Shown one piece after another: positions 54,630 to 64,000 of a DNA stretch of 64,000 bases (position 1 is its first letter; the number at the start of each line of letters is the position of its first letter). The position numbers and the translations under genes are program-made. The DNA comes from Eledone cirrhosa. Its lineage: Eukaryota. The stretch spans positions 96,162,001 to 96,226,000 of the forward strand of contig OZ024744.1 of NCBI GenBank assembly GCA_964016885.1, read 5' to 3'. Below the pieces are notes generated by a model. It made no database searches, had not been told where the DNA came from, and saw nothing but the letters and a program-made list of their open reading frames with translations.

Positions 54630-57600
54630 AGCGTGATGGTGCCACGCTAAAATCACCGGGGGTGATGAAATCACTGGGAGTGATGAAATCACCGGTGGTT
54701 ATGTAACCATATATTCACCAATCCTCGATATGAGTGTTTAAATGACGAACCTAAACAGTTCGAATAACGGTGAAGAGGAGACTGGAACGCCATGTGACAT
54801 ACTCTCACCCAGCAGGTGCTCCCTGGCTCAGCAGCAGGGACCTGGCTGTCATCCAAATACTGCTGGTGTTGGAGGAAGAAGAAGAAGGAAAGGGACAAGA
54901 ACCAACTGGACGAAAGAATTGAATAGAACTGTCATGGAATGTTACCTGAAGAGTAACCCCAAGGAAAAAGGCTATAGGAAACGGATGCATAACACCTGGA
55001 ACGAGATTGGACTATTTAAATTAGATGTACAAAAATTGGCCGGGCAGGCTCGGGTCATAAGAACTAATGGATGGATAAGCGAGTTGGAGCTGGAGGAACT
55101 GAGCAGAGAGATTAGGTTAGAAATGGAGAGTGGAGTATGCCAGGCAAACCAGGAAATGAAGGTGAAGAGGTTGAGAGAACGGAGGAAACATCCGAAGCAG
55201 ACAATGATCTGAATGCTGAAATAAATAACATCTGGAACAAAGATACGGCCATTGAGGAAATGAATGCTGACGGGCTAGGACAAGATTTGGTTGATATCCT
55301 AAACTTAGTGGTAGATGAAATGAACAATGATAGTGGGAAATCTATGAACCTAAGATTTGTAAACAGGAAAAAGTTAAAAGAAACAACAGCTAGGTAAACA
55401 AAGTCATCCCATACCTTGAGGCGAGGAACCTTCACCAATGCAACAATATCCTCAAGGTAACAGAAAATGCGGTGAGGAAATTACTTGGCATAAAAACGAG
55501 AGGAAACAACAAACAAGAAAGATTAGAACCTTGGTGAAAGAAACGACTGAGTGGTCAAATCAAGGAAATGAGAAATGACATTGGAAAGCTTGAGTCCCTA
55601 CTGAATGGGACACTAAAAAAACATAGACACTAAAAATAGACTGGAAATAAATTACAAAACTAGGAGGAAAAAGCTAAATATCATCATAGAGGAACTGAAG
55701 CAACGCATTGTAGCAAAGAGTGCAAAGATTAGGCGGTATGAGAGCAGAGTCAGGCAGTATAGATAGAACCGCATGTTCGACAACAGCCAGAGGATGTTGT
55801 TTGGGCAGCTTGAAGAGAAAGAAAGAGGCAACGACTTGATACCTGAGGCGGAACAGACTAAGACATTCTGGAGAGGAATATGGGAGCAGGATGTTAAACA
55901 TAATGACCAGGCAGTGTGGATTGAGACAGTACAAAAGGAGATTAGTGAACAGGCACACCAACAAACTGATTTGAGTATCATAGTTGAAACTCTTAAAGGG
56001 CAGGCCAAAAAACTAACCAACTGGAAATCACCAGGCCCAGATGGTGAGCAGGGGTATTGGATTAAAAATATAACATCTCTCCACCCGAAACTAGCAACCA
56101 TGTTCAATGACTGCTTGATGTCGGGTGAGGTACCAGAGTGGTCGACAAAAGGAACCACAGTTCTGGTAATGAAAGACCGAATCAAAGGTAATGATGTTAC
56201 CAACTATAGACCTATCACATGTCTGTCCGTAGTGTGGAAATTGTTAACAAGCATTGTGTCCGAGGAAATCTACCATCATTTCCACATAAACAACTTGTTA
56301 CCGGACGAACAGAAAGGATGCCGAAAGAAGTCCCGTTGTACAAAAGACCAGTTACTTATTGATAAGATGGTAATGAGGAATTGCAAGAAAAGGCACACTG
56401 GTCTTGCCATGGGATGGATAGACTACAAAAAGGCATTCGACATGGTACCTCATTCTTGGATAACCAAAAGCCTAGAGGTCTTCAAGGTGGCAGATAACAT
56501 CAGACAGTTGTTGAGCAAAAGTATGAAGTCCTGGAAAACAGAGTTAACATCGGCTGGAGAATCCTTGGGAGGCGTGAAGATCAAGAGAGGTATCTTTCAG
56601 GGAGATAGTTTGTCCCCTCTGTTGTTTATCCTTGCCCTGATACCCCTGACTATTATATTGCGAAAAGTGAGAGCAGGATACAAGTTGGGAAAAGGAGAGC
56701 TTACCATCAACCAGCTCCTCTTCATGGACGATATTAAGCTCTTCGGGAAGAGTGAGAAGGAGTTGTATGTGCTTGTTGACATGGTCCGTATTTTCAGCAA
56801 TGAAAAATGTATGCAATTTGGTATTAATAAGTGTGGAGTCCTAGTGATGAAGAGGGGTAAAATGAGCAGAAGCAACGGAATCCATGTACCAACAGGTGAG
56901 ATGATAAAGGAAATTGACACTGAAGAAGAATACAAATATTTAGGTGTTCTGGAGGCAGATGACATCAAGAACAAAAAATTGAAGGAATTGATAAGATCTG
57001 AATACATTAGGAGAATAAGGAGCGTATTAAAGTCACATCTGAACAGTAGGAATGCCATAAGTGCAGTAAATTCCCGAGCTGTGTCTATTATTAGGTACAG
57101 TGTGGGAATTCTGAGATGGAATGTTGCTGAACAAAAAAAAATGGATAGGAAGACTAGGAAGCTATTGACTATCTATAACATGTTCCACAAGTGGAGTGAT
57201 GTCGATAGACTCTACTTAAGGAGATCTGAAGGTGGAAGAGGTCTTATCAGCATAGAGGACTGTGTTCAGATGGAGAAAAACAACCTGCACAAATACGTGC
57301 CTGATAGTAGGGAGCCAATGCTCAGAATTGTACTGAAGGACAGGACAATAGACCAGGGATGTCCAGGGAGGAAATAACAGCAAGGTGGAAGAGCAACCTT
57401 CATGAAAAATCCCTTCATAGTACCTTCTTTGAGAAAACTGAATTCAGAGACCCACAGACATGGAACTGGTTGAAAAGAGGAGACCTTAAAAGGCTACAGA
57501 AGGAATGCTAATGGCTGCGCAAGAGCAGGCCCTCAGAACGAAGTGTGTGAAACATCATATTTACAAGGAGGAGACTAGTCCACTGTGTAGGATCTGTGGA

Positions 57601-57720
57601 GAGAGAGGAGACTGTGGCTCACATTGTATTCGAGTGTAAACACCTATCCCAGACTCACTATAAAGCCTGGAGACATGATCTGATGGGCAGGGTGATCCAC
57701 TGGCACCTATGCAAAGTAAA
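54630..57720 (+). mobile_element. Dong/R4-like LINE, near full length; 3' end displaced to 59226-59340
   Basis: N-terminal RTNWTKELN..VMECY..GYRKRM..W; RT ORF 55773-57377 (YRPIT, QGDSLSP, FMDD); CRIC..H....C; same family as 11440-12566. Confidence 0.93.
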
Positions 57721-58396
<676 letters not shown>

Positions 58397-58576
58397 GAAT
58401 AAAGAAGAAAGATGAACACTAATATAAATATACATGTGTTCGAATCGTAAGGACCAAATTTGCTAGGGTGAAAAAATACTAACTACAGCAATATAGTTTG
58501 TTATCCTTAATTTTAAATATTAAATTAAGAAAAATTAAGAAAAATAACATACCTATATTGGGCAAAAATGCCTGGT

Positions 58577-58658
58577 AACAACTAGACAGTGTTGGAGACT
58601 GTTTCGCAACGACTTATTAAGTGAAGTTCTCACGTTTCTCTGTTCATCAGTAGTTGTT
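58577..58658 (-). ncRNA. Type I hammerhead ribozyme (inverted copy)
   Basis: AACAACUA-CUGAUGA..GAA ACAGU CUCCAAC ACUGU C-UAGUUGUU; first helix II pair is A-C. Confidence 0.7.
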
Positions 58659-58831
58659 GAGAAATTAGTGATCCTTTCACTTCTAAAAATATTACAGAAT
58701 GAATTGTGTACTATATGAATTATCGCACGTGTCATTCGTAACCCAGCTTGTCTCGAAATTCCCTGCCGATAAAAATAGCAGCCTGGCTGACAGGACATTA
58801 TTTTTAGAAGTGAAATGATCACTAATTTCTC

Positions 58832-58913
58832 AACAATTACTGATGAACAGAGAAACGTGAGAACTTCACTTAATAAGCCGTTGTGAAACAGTCTCCAACA
58901 CTGTCTAGTTGTT
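58832..58913 (+). ncRNA. Type I hammerhead ribozyme, extended loop II
   Basis: AACAAUUA-CUGAUGA-ACAG[30 nt]UUGU-GAA ACAGU CUCCAAC ACUGU C-UAGUUGUU. Confidence 0.8.
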
Positions 58914-59169
58914 ACCAGGCATTTTTGCCCAATATAGGTCTGTTATTTTTCTTAATTTTTCTTAATTTAATATTTAAAGTTAAGGATAACAAACTATATT
59001 GCTGTAGTTAGTATTTTTTCACCCTAGAAAATTTGGTCCTTACTATTCGAACATATGTATGTTTATATTAGTGTTCATCTCTCTTGTTTATTCAATTATA
59101 TTGTACGGCTCGGAAAAACTTTTTTCTTAGAGCTATTTAATTGTAAGGGACTACCCTGAGTTCTTAACT

Positions 59170-59225
<56 letters not shown>

Positions 59226-59340
59226 CCCTCCGATACGTCCTGAATGTCTGAGGCTGCAGGTAGTGGCTTGATATTCATTTCAACAAACTTTCCAGTTAAA
59301 TAACATCAATGACTGAGACTCAAAGAACAATAATAATAAT
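59226..59340 (+). mobile_element. 3' terminus of the Dong/R4-like LINE
   Basis: Reverse complement of ~11460-11567 (LRYVLNV stop + UTR); ends in (AAT)n. Confidence 0.85.
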
Positions 59341-59942
59341 AATTGTTTCTACTTTTGGCACAAGGCCAGGAATTATCCCAGTGTATTACTGGTACTTTAT
59401 TTTATAGATCCCGTAAGGATGAAAGGCAAAATTAACCTCGGCGGGATTTGAACTCAGACCATAAAGGGCCGTAACTCTTTGCTACAAAGCATGGCGTCCG
59501 ACCCTCTACCGATACTGCCAATCCACCACCCAATAATAATAATAACAATAATCGTTTCTACTATTGGCACAAGGCCAGCAATTATCAGTACATTACTGGT
59601 ACTTTATTTTATCGACCCCGAAAGGATGAAAGGCAAAGTTAACCTCGGCGGGATTTAAACTCAGAATGGCAACTCTATGCGTCAAAGTATGGCGTCCGAC
59701 CCTCTACCGATACTGCTACTCCACAATGATAGTTTCATTTATTGGCCACAAGGGCCGACATATAGGGGACAATACAAAAGACAGGGACAGTGGGGGTTTA
59801 CATATGCAACATGTAAACAATATAAATAACAATAACAAAATACAAAATAACAAAATTTGAATTCAGACTGTAAATGGCCGTAACTCTATGCTGCAGAGCA
59901 TGGTGTCTGACTCTCTACCAATACTGCCCATCTACTGCCCTT
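59341..59942 (-). mobile_element. SINE cluster (59341-59530, 59550-59725, 59860-59942) with a Tx1-like 3' stub (59732-59790)
   Basis: SINE core matches; TTTATTGGCCACAAGGG matches the Tx1 end at 52036-52052. Confidence 0.8.
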
Positions 59943-60258
59943 ATATTCCAAATAATAATATTCACTAACATTTTGGTCATACATTACAAAATTATAAATA
60001 TATCAAAGAAAAGTAATTAAAAATATGTTTAAATAAATGGTAAAAGAAGCTGACCCCGTTTTCCTCAATATAATTTGAAGCAGATGTTGAAAAGGTTATC
60101 TGTTAACCTTGCTATAAAATTGCACTGACTGCCCGGTTACTTATGACTCAACCTGTATCTTTCGAAAAGCAAATGCCGCAGAGTAGAGTTCAAGAGAATA
60201 TGGTAAAAAATGTGTGTGTGTGTGCTTCAGCCTGTCTGTCACAGGTCCCTCTGTGGTG

Positions 60259-60289
<31 letters not shown>

Positions 60290-61479
60290 GTGTGGTGTAT
60301 CTCTTTTCTGGATGCATTGAGGACACTTACTATGATAATAATACAAGAATTCCTATCACAATGCAATTGTAACCTAAGCAAACATGAAAGAACAGCCCAA
60401 CTCCCACTGTCATCGCCCCCATCTCTCTGGCGCTCCCCATCTCTCCATATCGTGAGCAAATGGGGTTCCACGTACCGGCCTTCCCACAGTCCCGGCAGAC
60501 AGAATGGAGAAGGCGTTTCCCAGGAAAATGGAAACGGAGACCAAAGTTGCCTTGGTGTAGGTGGTGCCAGATGTACAATAAAATGTGTGGAGGAGGTGAG
60601 ACAGGAGTTTCTGACAGTAATATGTACCGTATAACCTACGACCTGATAAATTTGTAAATAGACTCATTAACTGCTTAATGAACACAACCACAAGGATATG
60701 GTCCGAACGTGGAAGAGACGAACTCCCACTGTCATCGCCTCCATCTCTGTGACCCCCCCCCCCAGCTCTCCGTATGGTGAGCAAAGGGGCCCCACGTGCT
60801 GGCCTCTCCACAGAATGGCGGACAGAATGGAGAAGGCAAAAATAGGATTTAAATTATTTCTTAAAAAATAACGTGACTGTTGAAAATTCCAATAAGGCAG
60901 AATCGAAAAGTAAAAGGTAAAATAGTATATTCTATTTTAGCGTGAAACGTTTTTATCTTAGTCAAGTCATCGTTGGGAGTTATTGGGACAACGTCGTTCT
61001 GACAAGAGGGTACGTCTTTGCCTTCCACCTTCTCCCTCCGTCTGAACACAGCCTATTTCTTCCTGAAAAAAAATGAAGGAGAGAGTGTATGAGAGAGAGA
61101 GAGAGAGAGAGAGAAAGAAAGAGAGAGACAATGGGAAAGAGAGAGAGAAAGAGAGAAAGAGAGAGAGGAAGAGTCCACTCACCTCGATATTGAATTGCTA
61201 TTTTTTTTTAACCGACTTCCAAGGAATGAAAGACTAAGTTAACCTCGGTGGTGGTGGGGTTTGAACTGAGAACGTGAGCTGGAACGAATACAAAGCGTTT
61301 TCAATCCGACATCCCAACAACTCTGCCAAGCAAATCGTTACCTTCACCGCCCTCTAAATCAGTCTTTAAATAATTTTCGGTGAGATCGATCGATGGATTG
61401 ATAGAATCGGTAGAACAGCGAACTGTAGAGATAAAACGTTGCGTTATTTCGCGGTGAAATCAACAAATGCAGTAATTGT

Positions 61480-64000
61480 ATTTACATACGTACAATTGTT
61501 CATTCTACAAAATGGTAACCCTGATGTGATTTATAACAAACTACGTGTTTGTGCAAAATGCACAGCGTAATTTCAACAGAAAAAAACTCTTAGGCCTTTG
61601 AATATTCACACAGATGGCCAAACATGTTATCAACAACACGTTCTACAGGTCGCCATGCTAATAGACTTCCTAGCAGCCAGGTCGAACAGCGCCTTGAAAT
61701 AACAATGCCTGTAAGAAACTTGACACCACCTGTACCATCTAACTCTACCTCGAATGTTGGGGAAAACACTATCGATAATAATAATAATCGAAGAGATAAT
61801 AATAATAATCGAAGAAATTTGACACCACGTGTACCATTCGAGTCTACCTCGACTGTTGGGGAAAATACTATCGATAATGATAACAAAAAGTATAAACAAT
61901 TGAAAATTTCCCTCAACGAAATCTTCAGAGAGAAATTAATTCATGTATAAATATCTCTCCTGCTGAACGTATTAAAACGACAATGTTTAATAAAAAACCA
62001 AATAATGAAATATTACGTGTTATTGACGAAATATGGGATGAATATTTACGACGGATAAAAACCCCAACATTTTGGCAAATCAACGCCTGTTTATATGCCT
62101 TAGCAACGACAGTGAAGCATTATCTTGGTGATAGCAGAGATATTAAAAAGAACAGAACACCACCAAAAATAACATCATATATAACTAAAATAGAAAAAAG
62201 ATTGCTGACCTACGAAAAACCATAGGATATGTGACAATGCTCCTTACATGCAAACAAACACAAAAAACCTCACTCCTCACCAACAAAGAGTGAAAAGAAG
62301 AATTTCAACCAAGATGCAGTGTGGCTAAGAGAAATCCGAAGGAACTATTGCTCCTACACTACAACAAAAACATACGAAATAAGTGAGGGTACCCTTGAGA
62401 CTGTGATAGGAAAACTCCAAGATAAGAAAACACCAGGAAGAGACATGATAGTCGGCTACTGGTACAAAAAACTGATATTCTATCGGAGGTATCTTACTGA
62501 CCTCTACCAACAAGTTCTTAAGGGAGATACACTTATACCAGAATGGTTGACATTAGCACAAACATTACTGGTCCCCAAGAACAAAGACACCCACTTGGCA
62601 AAAATCTACCGACTCATTGGATACCAGAACCTGATATATAAGATGTATACAGCCTGCCTGAACCTATTCCTCCAAGATCACTGTGAAAATATTAACATCA
62701 TCACAGATGAACAAGCAGCTGGAAAGAAAGGGGTTTGGGGATGTACTGAACAACTCCTAATCAACAAAACTGCGATGTCGGAGGTGCAACAACTTAGGAG
62801 GAATATGGCTACAGTCTGACTAGACTACAGGAAAGCTTTCGATTCTGTTCCCTACTCTTGGATGATAGAGGCCCTTTAACTTGCTAAAGTCCCAGACATT
62901 ACTGTCAGAGCCATAGAGAGGCTGTCTTCTTCTTGGGCTACTATCCTAAGGTTAAAGACAGAGAGGGAGGACTCTATTTTCACTGATAAAATAAAATATT
63001 GCAGGGGTATATTTCAGGGGGACAGTCTCTCTGTGATATTATTCATCTTGTCATTAAACCCCTTGTCCTTTCTGCTCAATAAATGTGAGGGATATATCAT
63101 TGGCTTACAGGAGGACAGAAATACGAACCCAACCCATAATTTCTTTGTGGACGATCTGAAACTCTATGCCAAGAACATGGATGGGATGAAGAAAAATCTT
63201 GACCTGGTTACAACGTTCTCAAAGGATATAGGAGTGGAGTTTGGCCAAGATAAATGCTCATACATGACTGTAAAGCAGGGAAAACAACAACCCAATCTAG
63301 CAACATTGTCATCAATAGCCTAACTGTTTCACCGATATCTGATGAGGACTGCTACAGATACCTGGGGATAGATGAGAACATATCCTATAATGGTATCTTT
63401 AATAAGGAACGCGTAACCAGGGAATACTACACCCGATTAAGAAAGATTTGGTCATCGGAACTCTCTGCGAAAAACAAAACAGTGGCTCACTATGTGTTTG
63501 CTGTGCCTGTCCTAACACCAACGTTTGGAATACTCAATTGGACGATAGACGAAATCCGAGCAGTTGATGTTGGAACTCGAAAAATACTGAACAACACCGG
63601 AAACTTCCACATCAACAGTGACATAGACCGCTTTTACTTGAAACGTAAGCAGGGAGGCAGAGGCCTAACATCAGTCCAGACAGCATTTGAATGTCGAATC
63701 ATATCTCTCCGACAACATCTACGAACCTCGAAGCGTAGGAGCCCGTCTCTCGAGCAAGTCTATCTGCATGAAACAGATAAGATCATGAGAGTTGGGAAGG
63801 AACTCCTCGAGAGATATTCCCTGTGTGATAATCAAAAACTCACACCAAGGGATGTCGCTCAGCAGTATCGCAGTGAATCCATGGATGAAAAACTGCATGC
63901 TTATCACTAAATAATGATGCATGGATATGTTGCCAGGAAGCTCCAGAATGCGAGTAATATAGATAAGGAAAGCAGTCTATCTTGGACCAACAACCGTTAT
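61480..64000 (+). mobile_element. RLE LINE, (CATA)n-associated family 1, decayed, running off the window
   Basis: KTPGRD, EQAAGKKG, QGDSLS, FFVDD, YRYLG, GGRGL; closely matches the minus-strand copies at 7239-8086 and 29040-29606. The 5' boundary is uncertain. Confidence 0.9.

Overview
A gene-free, very repeat-rich animal genomic window. The tRNA-derived SINE family and the microsatellite load suggest an octopus or other cephalopod; this is inference only. It consists almost entirely of nested retroelements sitting in microsatellites. These are a near-complete Penelope-like element (RT + GIY-YIG) and many Penelope pLTR fragments carrying type I hammerhead ribozyme motifs, many folded back as inverted repeats; R4/Dong-type RLE LINEs in (TAA)n and, for two families, in (CATA)n; RTE LINEs and RTE-derived non-autonomous elements ending in (ATGT)n; two Tx1/L1-like elements in (AAT)n; and tRNA-SINEs. 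There is also a probable solo LTR, a 9.5-kb 21-bp satellite and a 200-N gap. Two patterns stand out. First, there are about 20 intact or decayed hammerhead motifs from several families, including one with a 79-nt branched helix II and one fold-back centred on helix II. Second, elements partition by microsatellite, and RLE elements sit tail-to-tail, on the opposite strand, in the repeat tails of RTE or SINE elements. All structures were read by eye and coordinates of decayed elements are approximate.
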